64,000 bases of DNA from positions 46,934,001 to 46,998,000 of the forward strand of contig OX597828.1 of assembly GCA_951406725.2 (NCBI GenBank), given 5' to 3'. The position numbers were made by a program, and so were the translations under genes. This DNA is from Octopus vulgaris. Taxonomy: Eukaryota. This document shows, one piece after another, positions 11,129 through 23,924 of the stretch (position 1 is the stretch's first letter; each line of letters opens with the position of its first letter). The notes beneath the pieces are model-generated. The model had not been told where the DNA came from. It worked only from the letters and a program-made list of their open reading frames with translations, and did not search any database.

Positions 11129-11559
11129 GAGGTGTGGATACGATAATCAAAGGCGGGGTGATTGGCAGAATCGTTCGAGAGCGTGACAAAATGTTTTGAA
11201 GTATTTCTTCCGACATTTTCACTTCCGATTTCAAATAGCAGCGAGATCTAGTCAGGGTTTCCATCGATGTGGGGGCGATAAAATAATGCACCAGTCAAGT
11301 GCTGCGTTCAATTCAATAGACTAATCGGTCCGCCAATTTTCCTTCTGCCTGCAACGTTAACGATTATTGTAAAGCAAGGTTAATGAGAGAGATTCGTGCA
11401 TGCATACTACATATGCATGCTTGTATAATATATCTATTTATTCATATGTTTGTCTGTCACTGTTTGTACAAAACGTGTACTGAGGAAGTACTAAATACAA
11501 AAGTAGACTCAAAATATTTTTATTTATACTTTTAAAGTTGGCAGTGATTTCGAAGTTTC

Positions 11560-11915
11560 GCCACTTCCGGTGGAACATATTTCTATATTAAATTTTAGAA
11601 AAATTAATTTGTTGGGTAGAGAGGAAGAAGCTTGCGATTGGATAATTGATTGCGAGAGATGAGATGAGATGAGAGGAGTGGTTGAAGGAAGAGAATATAT
11701 AAAAGGAAGAGTTATATTCTAATTATTTTTCAATTGAGGATTATCTGATTTGGGGGTGTTCGTAAAAATTGTATTTAAAGAAAAAAAGAAAAAAAGAAAG
11801 CAGAAACAAAAAAAAAACGGTAAGAAAAACAGAATTGAAATCAGGCAAAACGGTTGCAGAAAGGAGAGACAGCTTAAAGAAATTGGAAGCTTAGAAGACA
11901 TAGAATAAGGTGTGT
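11560..11915 (+). promoter_or_regulatory. Possible promoter / first exon
   Basis: ETS-like CACTTCCGGT (~11564), reverse CCAAT (GATTGG ~11637), purine-rich leader-like stretch and weak donor AAG|GTGTGT (~11909), in a ~1.7-kb SINE-free zone. Confidence 0.25.
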
Positions 11916-13230
11916 GATTATATTTTAATGTTTAAATGTTTTGAATTCTCATATCGAAGAGGGTACGCTTTTACATTATATATATTTTCGCTCGTCTTAC
12001 ATGTTTATATATTAAGTGGGCAAATGAAAGTGAGCACATGTGGGTATTTGTTTTGCTCGTGAGAATATGTTTCAAGCTTTCTTTGAGAGCGAATTCATTT
12101 TAGTCGAACGTGGGTGTTTCAATATTATGTACACCGATGATTGCGTGTTCAAATACGTGGGGAGATATTTGTTATTTGAACAGATGTGAATCATTGCGTT
12201 CGGTGAATTTAGATTTTATTGAAACACATGGATGCATGTTGCTTGGTGTACCTTTTGTGTACTTGTGGTTGATAGTTTGTGAAAAATTTAGTACGTTTTG
12301 TATAGGTTTTTCAGTTTACTTGTATATTTTATGTTGCATGTATTTTGAACATTAACGCTTTACTCTTCTCTCGTGAAGTTCAGCATTCTGTTGGCATAAA
12401 AAAGAAACACAAAACCTTTAACTTTCATAAAAACCTTTCGTTTATCCCACTCTAATATTTGATCTTTAAAAAAATACGTTAAATGTTATTCTTATTTATA
12501 TACATGTTTATAGTTTTTTATATATTTACAAACACTCATAATCACTACATTTTATGCATGCACATATACTTAAAGATATCTATTATATATTAACGCTATA
12601 TTGTATATTTATTTAACAACACCATATATGACATATATATCTACAAACAAACAATTTATATAATTTATTTACAAAGATATCTAATCTTTTCATGCAATTT
12701 CGCAGAACTCGCCCAAAATGTTCTTTCATTTTCCCCGAAACACACACACAGTTCTCGAAACACTTTCTCGTTCCAAAAATACTGTAAATGTTTTTTGGGG
12801 TTTTTTTTTTATCTAAATGCCATTTGTTTATCTCCCTTAAATTTTATTCCCCACTCTCCAACACTTAAAATTGCATCCTCTATCGCAATCATGGACCAAC
12901 TGCAGCCTGCAGGACCTTCCGAAATGCCTACCAAATTTTACGAGCAAAATAACGTTTATTAAAGACTTTTTAGTAGTACAGCGCTTGATGATGATCCATA
13001 TTACGTACGACCCGCTTCTCGAAAAAGGTTGCCCGTTCTTAGTCTGTTGGAAACAGTTACCCCCAGACTTTAGTCTTGCCTTTTTTCTTTTCTTTTTTGT
13101 CTGTATGGTCTAACACTGGTAAACGTGTGTGGCAAAGAAGCTCTATTTACACCCAGACAGTTTCGGGTTCGGTCATTGTCACTGCCCGGAACGTTAGACA
13201 AATGTCTTCTACAACATCCTCTAGTCGACT

Positions 13231-13646
13231 GGATCTTCTCGGTTTGAACGGCAGCTTTTTAAAATAATTTCCACGTAACTAAACACTTTTAAACTTAGTA
13301 TACTAGTAGAATGTGTTTATAAAACCTTTTTCTCTTGGCTTTATTGAGAAAATTCTATAGTTTGTAAGATATTTGCTGGGGTTTTTTTTCTTCAATTTCT
13401 GCAATTTCAACCAATCAATGGCGTCTATTGAGGTAAAAAAAACATTCTGTGCCGTATGAATATGTCCCTCGTTTAAGAAACAGATTGAGTTTATTTACAT
13501 TTCTGAAGAAAAATGATACCCTTCCCCCCACAACCCAAAAACAGATTGAAATGCAATAGATCGATACTAGGGTCATAATTATGGGTGACAATTTCATATG
13601 ACACCGCTAGAAAGAAAAAAAACTGCCGTTCAAACCGAAAAGATCC
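13231..13646. mobile_element. MITE with 24-bp TIRs nested in an old SINE A
   Basis: TIRs GGATCTTCTCGGTTTGAACGGCAG / CTGCCGTTCAAACCGAAAAGATCC (1 mismatch); 7-bp direct repeat GTCGACT at 13224-13230 and 13647-13653; flanks rejoin as a degenerate SINE A. Confidence 0.85.
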
Positions 13647-14029
13647 GTCGACTGACATCTTGTAAATAAATTTGCCTGATAGAAATTTGTATGGAATCCC
13701 GTCGTATATATGCGTGCGTGCCCGCCCCCCGCCCCCCATCACATCACTACTGACCGACAAATCTGTTTGTTTAAGTTCCCTCAACTTAACTGTTCGGTAA
13801 AAGTTCTGAAACAAGTGAAAGATAAATTCTAACTATTTTCTCCTTTCAGTAGTTTATTATTTTGCTTCTGATAGTTTATCTAGAAGTACTTACTCTCCCT
13901 TACGTATGCTTGCCAACAGGACCTGTCCTAACACCATTATGGGCCCACGGACAAATAAGGTGAACTGATGTATTTATTTATTGACGACAAACCACAGCAA
14001 AAACTCAGAATTGGACCCCTAGACTCAGG

Positions 14030-14079
<50 letters not shown>

Positions 14080-14121
14080 ATATGTATATATATATGTATA
14101 TCGATGCACTAGGCCTTTGAG

Positions 14122-14329
14122 TATTCTCTTTTACTTATTTCAGTCATTTGACTATGGCCATGCTAGAACACCACCTTTAGTCGAGCAAATCTACCCCAGG
14201 ACTATTTCTTTGTAAGCCTTGTACTAATTCTATCGGTCTCTTTTGATGAACCGTTAAGTTACGGGGACATAAACATACCAGCATCGGTTGTCAAGCGATG
14301 TTGGGGGACAAACACACACATACACACAC

Positions 14330-14399
<70 letters not shown>

Positions 14400-14566
14400 A
14401 TACATACACGACGGGCTTCTCTCAGTTTCCGTCTGCCAAATCCACTCACAGGGCTTTGGTCGGCTCGAGGCTATAGAAGAAGACACTTGCCCTATGTGCC
14501 ACACAGTGGAACTGAACCCGGAACCATGTGGTTGGTAAGCAAGCAACTTACCACACAGACACTCCT
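14122..14566 (-). mobile_element. SINE family A, full-length
   Basis: Complete reverse-complement copy with internal (TA)n. Confidence 0.9.
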
Positions 14567-14803
14567 ATTGACAGCGAGCTACAGCATACATTGATCAGAA
14601 CTGAGCCTCTAGATCCGTCAGATCCTTAGACAACTTCCCAATGTGTTTGTGTGTTAGGACGACCCTGGCTGCCAACTTCTCTCTTCTACATATAATGTCT
14701 GTGGGCGTGTTTGTATTCACACAGAAGCAAGGCATAAAATTGGAAGGACACTTAATTCCTTTCAGAAGGCTAACATTTTCATTTTTACAAGGAAAACTTT
14801 AAC

Positions 14804-14979
14804 AGGCGCAGGAGTGGCTGTGTGGTAAGTAGCTTGTTTACCAACCACATGGTTCCGGGTTCAGTCCCACTGCGTGGCGCCTTGGGCAAGTGTCTTCTAC
14901 TATAGCCTCGGGCCGACCAAAGCCTTGTGAGTGGATTTGGTAGACGGAAACTGAAAGAAGCCTGTCGTATATATGTGTG

Positions 14980-15014
<35 letters not shown>

Positions 15015-15227
15015 TTGTGTGTCTGTGTTTGTCCCCCTAGCATTGCTTGACAACCGATGCTGGTGTGTTTACGTCCCCGTTACTTAGCGGTTCGGCAAAA
15101 GAGACCGATAGAATAAGTACTGGGCTTACAAAAGAATAAGTCCCGGGGTCGAGTTGCTCGATTAAAGGCGGTGCTCCAGCATGGCCGCAGTCAAATGACT
15201 GAAACAAGTAAAAGAGAGTAAGAGAGT
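14804..15227 (+). mobile_element. SINE family A, full-length, young
   Basis: Pol III A/B-box head, CORE-like block, internal microsatellite, tail GGCGGTGCTCCAGCATGGCCGCAGTCAAATGACTGAAACAAGTAAAAGAG; nearly identical to 35403-35788. Confidence 0.92.
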
Positions 15228-16803
15228 CACTCCGAAGTTTCAGCTGTGTGGTCTGACGAAGACTGCTTATCCTAAACTTCGACTTGCACAACTCCCCTGA
15301 ACTTGCTGTACTTGTTCCAAAATTTGAAACCATATTATAAGTTAGCGAACTGGCAGAATAGTAAGCGCGTCGAACAAAATACTTTGCGACCTTTCTTTTG
15401 ACACTTTACGTTCAGAGTTTCAATACCGCTAAAGGATTATTTTAATGGTGTCAGTTCTTTGTCTGCACATATGCTGCAACATCGTCTTACTAACTTTTTC
15501 TGTAGTCTGCTCCCAGTTACCGAACCACTGACATACAGAGTAGGGTATAAACAAACCAACACCTGTTAAGTGGTGAGACTACGTGCGCCCGAGCGCGCCT
15601 TATAAACTCGATGAGCTATCAAATTCCCTTACCAAACATCTGCTCAAGACAGCGTGCAGTAGAACTAAACCCCAACCTATCTGGTTGCAAATGTTTTCTT
15701 CTTTGGCTCGTAAAAACTGCAAATGTTGAGGCGTGTATTTCAACTTAGTAAATGTAGTAATAAAATATTTATTTTCATTTTATCCATTTGTATAATTGGA
15801 ATATACCGAACACGTAACCTGGAGTCCTAAAGTACCAAAGACCTAGGGCGACACCCCATTTTCTGCGGCCTTCAGTCTATCCTGCTTCTTGTATATCTTC
15901 TTTCCTCCTAATTTCTTTGTTTTTACCTATTTTCGCTTTTTATGGTTTTCGTTGTTTTTTGGAGTTTTTTTTCTTTCAATTTAAATCTTGACCAATATTG
16001 CAAACTTATTCTTTAATTACTGAATCATACTCAATTTCTTTTATATGTTACTTTCAACTACTTCTCTCGCCTGATGGATTTATATATCCAAACAGGTTTC
16101 TTGCTAACAAATTAAACTAACATTAAACCCTAGAATTCTATTTGAATTTGACAACTCGAAGGCAATGAAGCTTCAAAATCAGTCAACTTAAAAACCGCAT
16201 GTGTGTGTGTGTGTGTGAGAGAGAGTAAGTGAGTGACTGGGTGATTAAAAAATTGCCAAGGACGATGACAAAGGATCGCGCGGAAAAATCACAAAGACCT
16301 GAACATATCCCTCCCACATCAGTTACCTTCCAAAAATCGTGCCGATTCCGTGTCTTTAACACTAAGATTGTTCGATTTTGTGGCGTCAACAGTAGAAAGG
16401 CTGTCGACAATAAGTGATCGAACGTAAATGAGTGACGAAAACAAACGATAAACGACGACAGAATGAGGCAACGCCTAATGGAAAATGACACAAGCATTTG
16501 GTATATATATATATATATATATATATACACGCGCGCGCGCCCCCCTTATGGCGATGAGATGGCATAGAGGCAAGGCTTGTGTAGAAGTAAAAAATAATTC
16601 ACCTTAGCTATAGCAGTAGCCAGTTGTTAGAAATCAGTAGTCCTAATATTAAGTTCCGAACTCATAAATCAAATTATCAGTTCAGAACGTAATATTCGCT
16701 AATGAATGGCAAATGAACAGGTGTTACGTAAGCACTTTTCATTCGCTTACAGCTGTTTCGGAAGTGCTTTTTTTTTTTAAAGCAAGATATTGAGGATGGG
16801 GAG

Positions 16804-16884
<81 letters not shown>

Positions 16885-16885
<1 letters not shown>

Positions 16886-17143
16886 TTTATTTTAAGCAGC
16901 AGAAAATTCAACAAAATCTGTTACTCTGAGTTTCTCGTTGCCGTTCATCAGACAGTTTTTGCTAGAATGGAACATATATATTTATGTTCCATTCTAGCAA
17001 AAACTGTCTGATGAACGGCAACGAGAAACTCAGAGTAACAGATTTTGTTGAATTTTCTGCTGCTTAAAATAAAGCATATTACTCTACCACTGGTATTTGA
17101 GTACTCTTTTTTCCACCTTGTTTCACATTTATGTGTTTACTCC

Positions 17144-17146
<3 letters not shown>
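16885..17146. mobile_element. TA-embedded perfect fold-back (92-bp arms) with a hammerhead-like core on each strand
   Basis: Arms 16885-16976 and 16983-17074 are exact reverse complements; ctgt-CTGATGA-A-CG-GCAA-CG-A-GAAA-CTCAGAG-TA-acag at 17004-17041; unpaired extension to 17146; long (TA)n flanks. Confidence 0.8.
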
Positions 17147-17197
<51 letters not shown>

Positions 17198-17687
17198 TTT
17201 GAAAACAACTGCTGATCTTTGACACCAGGGAAATTAGCAGGCGTCCAGTCTCGTTAAGTGATTCTCTGAAAGTCGAGATTTCTACCGATTTTCACATGGT
17301 AGTATTTTCCACTACAAGTGGACAAGTTTGCTGAAAGATGCTTCTGCAATTAATTGCCAAATCACAATCATAAATTAGCTTTGTTTCGTTCAATTGTTAA
17401 TGATCTTTCATTTGAGATCTTCCATCCTTAAGGAAAATCATAAAATTCTTTGACAGAACCCATAGAGCAGAACGTTACATTCTCAATTACGTGACTTGTC
17501 TGTCAAATACTTCCATCTTTGCGTATTGAGGTTCGCCCCACAACAAAATAGCTCAGCTAGGGGGTTTTCAAGGGTTTGTTTGTGAAGGCAAGCATTGCAG
17601 GATTTTGGCGCGAGATGCGCAAAAGTTCATTCAGTTCAGGAGCAATGTTTGCACTTATTTCCTCTTAGAATTCGTGTGTATAGTGGC

Positions 17688-17740
<53 letters not shown>

Positions 17741-17860
17741 CGTGTGTGTGTGTGTACATATACAGTGCACGTATATGTGTATGTATAAATACGTGTGTAT
17801 GTAAATATTATGTAGAGTTGGTAGGGTGAGGTTATTAAAGTAGACTTCCGTCGAGGTTGA

Positions 17861-17956
<96 letters not shown>

Positions 17957-18371
17957 GTACGAACATACACGAAACACTCATTCAGATCTCGCTGATATCA
18001 CACCTTATTTTTTCAAAACAACAACAACAACAACAATACATTAGATAATAAACCTTGATACAAAATATTTGTAAACAAATATGGGAAGGTCACGAATGGA
18101 AGATCTTTGATCATAGGTTGATTTGAATCTAAAAATACATGGGCACACGTAACATTCACGCATTCGCTTGTGTGTGCGTGCGTGCACTTTGCCAATATAG
18201 AGGACCCTCTTAAGACATGATCATCTGAGGACGAACGGGTCTTGGGGCCCAGGGTTAAATTGTGTTGTGACTTGCGAAGGCTTTAATGCATTGCTTTTCT
18301 TTTCAATGGTCCGCAACGTAGTTGTCCCTGTATATATTATTTTTGTATGTGTAAGTAGGTAGATGGGTTGG

Positions 18372-19150
18372 TTGATAGACTGATAGACTTATTGATAGAC
18401 TGACTGACTAATTTGATAGACTGATCGATAGACTGACTAATTTGATAGACTGATCGATAGACTGACTAATTTGATAGACTGATCGATAGACTAATTTGAT
18501 AGACTGATCGATAGACTAATTTGATAGACTGATCGATAGACTGACTAATTTGATAGACTGATCGATAGACTGACTAATTTGATAGACAGATCGATAGACT
18601 GACTAATTTGATAGACTGATCGATAGACTGACTAATTTGATAGACTGATCGATAGACTGACTAATTTGATAGACTGATTGATATAATTTGATAGACTGAT
18701 TGATAGACTCACTAATTTGATAGACTGATTGATAGACTCACTAATTTGATAGACTGATTGATAGACTCACTAATTTGATAGACTGATTGATAGACTCACT
18801 AATTTGATAGACTGATTGATAGACTCACTAATTTGATAGACTGATTGATAGACTCACTGACTAATTTGATAGACTGATTGATAGACTTACTGACTAATTT
18901 GATAGACTGATTGATAGACTTACTGACTAATTTGATAGACTGATTGATAGACTTACTGACTAATTTGATAGACTGATTGATAGACTTACTGACTAATTTG
19001 ATAGACTGATTGATAGACTTACTGACTAATTTGATAGACTGATTGATAGACTTACTGACTAATTTGATAGACTGATTGATAGACTTACTGACTAATTTGA
19101 TAGACTGATTGATAGACTTACTGACTAATTTGATAGACAGATTGATAGAT
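18372..19150. repeat. Minisatellite, 25/29/33-bp units built from GATA/GACT tetramers
   Basis: GATAGACTGATCGATAGACTGACTAATTT (29 bp) grades into GATAGACTGATTGATAGACTTACTGACTAATTT (33 bp). Confidence 0.95.
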
Positions 19151-19418
19151 AGTATAATTAAAAGCAGATAATATATACGCACACACAATGCACACCCGCA
19201 TATCTTTATATGAACCTGTTGTACGTAAACTTTGTGTGTGTGCAATTCTGACTGATGTGTGTGGGAACCGATGGACGAACACACAGACACAGTTGTCGAG
19301 TCTCAATGTTTACAAGTAGATCTTGTCAAATATAGTTTGTGCTCCTTCGGACTACGTATGCAGATGTACACACACAAATAAACACACACACACACTCTCT
19401 GTCTGTCTCTCTCTTTCT

Positions 19419-19449
<31 letters not shown>

Positions 19450-19704
19450 ATACAGCCATGTATACGTATATACACACACACATGTATGTACATTTTCATT
19501 CATATACGCACATCTATTCATAATTACACAGGAATTGCTGTATATTTCTACTAAAGGTTCCATGATGACCATCATCGCCTAATCTTGATCATAAGCGGCT
19601 TAAATATACTCAAGTATTGAACGATCGATCCCAACCAAAACCCATTCACTGGTCTCAGTCATGCTGGAGCACCGAGTGGCACGATAAAATTTTCATAATC
19701 TTTC

Positions 19705-20736
19705 ATTCTTCCTCTCTTACTTTCTCTTTCTTTCTTTTCCTTCCTCTTTCTTTCTTCCTCTTTTTACTTCTTTTCATTTCTTCCTCTTTCTTTTCGTTTC
19801 CTTTCTTCCTTTTCTTTTCCTTTTCTTTTCTTCCTTTTCTTTTCTTCCTTTTCTTTTTCCTTTCTTCCTTCCTTTCTTTTCCTTTCTTCTTCTCTCTTTC
19901 TTCTTTTTTCTTTTTCTTCTTCCTTCTTCCTTCTCCTTCTTCTTCCTTCTCCTTTCTTCTTCTTCCTTCTTTCTTCTTCTTCCTTCTTTCTTCTTCTTCC
20001 TTCTCCTTTCCTCTTCTTCCTTCCCCTTTCTTCTTCTTCCTTCTCCTTTCTTCTTCCTTCTCCTCCTTTCTGTCTTCTTCTTTCTTTCTTCTTCTTTCTT
20101 TCTTTCTTCTTCTTTCTTTCTTTCTTCTTCTTTCTTTCTTTCTTCTTCTTTCTTTCTTTCTTCTTCTTTCTTTCTTTCTTCTTCCTTCTTCTTTCTTTCT
20201 TTCTTCTTCTTTCTTTCTTTCTTCTTCTTTCTTTCTTTCTTCTTCTTTCTTTCTTTCTTCTTCCTTCTTTCTTTCTTCTTCCTTCTTTCTCTCTTCTTCC
20301 TTCTTTCTTCTCTCTTTCTCTCCTTCCTTCTTCCTTCTTTCTTCTTCCTTCTTCCTTCTTTTTTCTTCCTTCTTTCTTCTTCCTTCTTTCTTCTTCTTCT
20401 TCTTCCTTCTTTCTTCTTCCTTCTTTCTTCTTTCTTCTTTCTTCTTCCTTCTTCCTTCTTTCTTCTTCCTTCTTTCTTCTTTCTTCTTTCTTCTTCCTTC
20501 TTCTTCCTTCTTTCTTTTTTCTTTCTTTTTCTTCTTTCTTCCTTCTTTCTTCTTCTTTCTTCCTTTCTTTCTTTTTCTTCTTTCTTTCTTCTTCTTTCTT
20601 CTTCTTTCTTCTTCTTTCTTCTTTCTTTCTTTTTCTTTCTTCCTTCTTTCTTCTTTCTTTCTTTTTCTTTCTTCCTTCTTTCTTCTTCTTCTTTCTTTCT
20701 TTCTTCTTCTTCTTTCTTTCTTTCTTTCTTTCTTCT

Positions 20737-20771
<35 letters not shown>

Positions 20772-20798
20772 CTTTCTTTTTCTTTTCTTTCTTTCTTC
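19705..20798. repeat. ~1.1-kb polypyrimidine (CTT/CTTT) low-complexity tract
   Basis: Almost pure C/T on the + strand. Confidence 0.95.
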
Positions 20799-21264
20799 AC
20801 TGTTCCACTTATGCTGATTTTGAAGACAGCCTGTTCGCAGGACATTTTTATTGTCCTGAAACCTCCATATACCGAAGATTGTTGGTAACGAACGAAGTTG
20901 CTTGATCTAAGAAGAGACACTCTCACTTTATACGCAGCTGTTCATCTTCATAATTATTTTCCTCACTGATATTATAAGAATTAAATATATCTGCTGGGTT
21001 GTTGCCCTCAAAAATTCATAATTTTAATCCGCACGAAGCTACTTTATCACGTATATTGTGTTAGTATTTGTTGCTTTCCATTGGAAATTTCCACCAAAAT
21101 TCCTTCGGCTAGAATTTGTACAAGTACTCAGTCATAATTGTTCTATATTTATACCAGGGCAATCCTTCCTATAGTATATTATTTTCACAGCGTCATGCTG
21201 TCTAGGATGGCAGCGTCTTGGTGACATTGTTGTGGAAGCTACAGATCATGTGTGTAATTTGGAG

Positions 21265-21600
21265 GAGACCCCCTTCGGTCAAGAATGACCATGGGACTGC
21301 ACCTAGAAAGTTGCTCTCCGAGGCACAAGTCAAGACAAGATTGTTTGTGGAAGGCTAGCAGTCACCCCTGTATACCAGTGTCCCCTCTCCACACCACTGA
21401 TGTTATCCAAGGGAAAGGTAAAGGGGCCGATACAGCTTGGCACTAGTGATGTCGCAACTCACTTCTACAGCTGATTAACTGGAGAAACGTGAAATAAAGT
21501 GTCTTGCTCAAGAACGCAACACACAACCCGGTCCGGGAATGGAACTCACAACCTCACGATCGTAAGCTCTACGCTCTAACTACTGAGCCATGCGCCTTCA
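21265..21600 (-). mobile_element. tRNA-derived SINE, family D (head related to family C)
   Basis: Minus strand: GAAGGCGCATGGCTCAGTAGTTAGAGCG...GAGTTCCATTCCCGG, CORE-like TTCTTGAGCAAGACAC, distinct tail ending GACCGAAGGGGGTCT. Confidence 0.75.
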
Positions 21601-22809
21601 CATGTGTGTAATATCTGCTATGGATATATGCATAATCATAAATTTCTGTATCTCTGTCTCGACGGACGATTTTGAAACTAACACCTTTTCCCGCTCATGG
21701 AATTCAAGAACCACCGCCAGATTTAGATATAATCAAAACGAGCTTTATCTTAGCTCCGCGCAATCCTTGCAGGTCCCAAAATTGATAAAAGGCAAATGCT
21801 TTCGCTCTTTGTTACATCTTAGTGCAATGGTTTTAAGAGGGTGCCGCTAAGCTTTTATATTATAGGACCTGAGTACCCCTAATTCGATACTGACAAGAAC
21901 ATATCTAAAACTTTACACGATGTAACGGTTACGAGTCCAAGCGGTGCTACCATTTCTGTTACTACTGGCATCATTCACATACGTATGTAGTGCAATTTTC
22001 CCCCAAGTATTCATTAAGGTACATCCGACCAGGAGCTGTGTTTTCACGGGAATTAATCGAGTACCCAATATTTCTTGATGCATTTAACTGGGAGTAGGAT
22101 TGTTTTTTGAGGAGTACCACATGACACGGGAAGGTTAGTAAAACAAAACCTTATGTCTAGCCATTCATTTCTTCTCGGATCATCGTATTTATCATATCAA
22201 CATTATATATATCGAATTTTCAACTTGATATTTTGATAGTACAGCTTTATTGGATTTCCTCCCATAACACAGATATATTGTCTCGTATATCCAAAATTCT
22301 TCATTGCTCAATCACGTACCCTAAAATTTTGACTCTGTAATCATTCTGTAGTAAATATTCTGTAGATTTAGGAATTTCTGAAATCAGGTATAAGAACAAC
22401 TCTTTAGTTATGTCAAGATTTTTGGCTAAAAATGAATCCTTTCTACGAAATGATGACAATGATGACAATAGTAGTAATTTCAAAGTCTATCGAACTTCAC
22501 CTCCGAAATTTGAATTCAAAATGCATAGGCGGACGAAATGCTGCTAAAATATCAAAACAAATGTATGATGCAGTCTTCCTGATAAAGGAAAATCTCCAGC
22601 TAGGGTGAATCAAGGAACCTCTCTGATCCTAGATCACTCTGAAGACCAAGGGTACAAGCCCTCACCTAACTGTTAAGGCACGTTTGTTGAATTTGAAAAC
22701 TGTCATGCAAGCTTTTCAAAGTGTATCCAATTCTTTTCAGAAAGCTAAATTTGTATTTCTCGGATTATGAATTATAATAATAATAATTTCATTTGACTAG
22801 AGTAAGTAT

Positions 22810-23253
22810 TAGTTTCAAATTTTGGCCCACGACCAACAAGTTCAGGCGAAGAAATAAGACGATTGCATTGACCTCAGTGCTCTAGAGGCACTTATTTTAT
22901 TGACCCCGAAAGGATGAAAGGTAAAGTCGAACTCGGTGGAATTTGAACTCAGAACGTAAAGACGAACGAAATATCTATTTCTTTACTACTCACAAGGGGC
23001 TAAACACAGAGAGGACAAAAAAGGACAGACAAACGGTTTAAGTCGATTATATCGACCCTAGTGCGTAACTGGTACTTAATTTATCGACCCCGAAAGGATG
23101 AAAGGCAAAGTCGACCTCGGCAGAATTTGAACTCAGAACATACCGGCAGACGAAATACCGCTAAACATTTCGTCCGGCGTACTAACGATTCTGCCAGCTC
23201 GCCGCCTTAGACGAACGAAATACCGTTAAGCTTTGTGCCTGGCGCACTAACGA
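22810..23253 (-). mobile_element. Young SINE B (22974-23208) nested in an older SINE B
   Basis: 14-bp TSD AGACGAACGAAATA at 22960-22973 and 23209-23222; the outer pieces join into one older copy. Confidence 0.85.
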
Positions 23254-23924
23254 AAAATATTGCTTTAAGAAGTAATGTTATTGAGTCCAAGACTACAGAA
23301 TATTTGGTAATTAATCACGGCATGCATGCATACCAAAAGAATCGTAGCAGAAATGTGTGTGTGTGCGCGCGTGCGTCAATATATAATTCATATACATAAT
23401 ATATACACTGTTATGTACGGTTGTGAACGTAGTTATACATACGTATGCATGAATACAGATTGCTAGCTATAGTCATAAATATATGCATACACACACGTTG
23501 TTAAGTAAATACAGCTAATACAGAGATACTTATAATAACATTATTATCAACCACTGTTCTGTAGTTTAACAGTTCATTACCGAAAGTTAATTTTAACTTT
23601 GATTTCATTCTTCAGATCACAGTTGAAGAATTTTTGCATAAAAAATGGAATACATTTGCATTTTGCTGTTTCTGTACAAGATCTTTTACTACCATGTACA
23701 ACACAAATTTATGGTTCTCTTTGCTCTTCTGCTGATGAAGCCCTCGAATAATTATATAATTCTATGTACAATTGAATATCAGAAACACAATCTACCCAGA
23801 GACAGAAAACAATGTTGATAGACATATGTATACATGTACTTCGGTTTATATCAGACGAGAGGAGTGCTCAATATAAGTTGTAGGAGGTTGTTTTCTTTTA
23901 TATTGAAACTGAGTTTGTGACTGG

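Noticed and set aside
15253-15280. CTGACGA (and CTGAGGA at ~18225) as further hammerhead cores
   Set aside because: No properly spaced stem II-GAAA-UH or stem I complementarity.
18372-19150. CRISPR-like periodicity (also 57885-58420)
   Set aside because: No unique spacers, no cas genes, eukaryotic context; simple tandem arrays.
18799-19290. SINQSIKLVSK repeat protein
   Set aside because: Translation of the 33-bp minisatellite.
19617-20926. 423-aa Phe/Ser/Leu and 407-aa Lys/Glu/Arg ORFs
   Set aside because: Polypyrimidine low-complexity tract; no splice or domain evidence.
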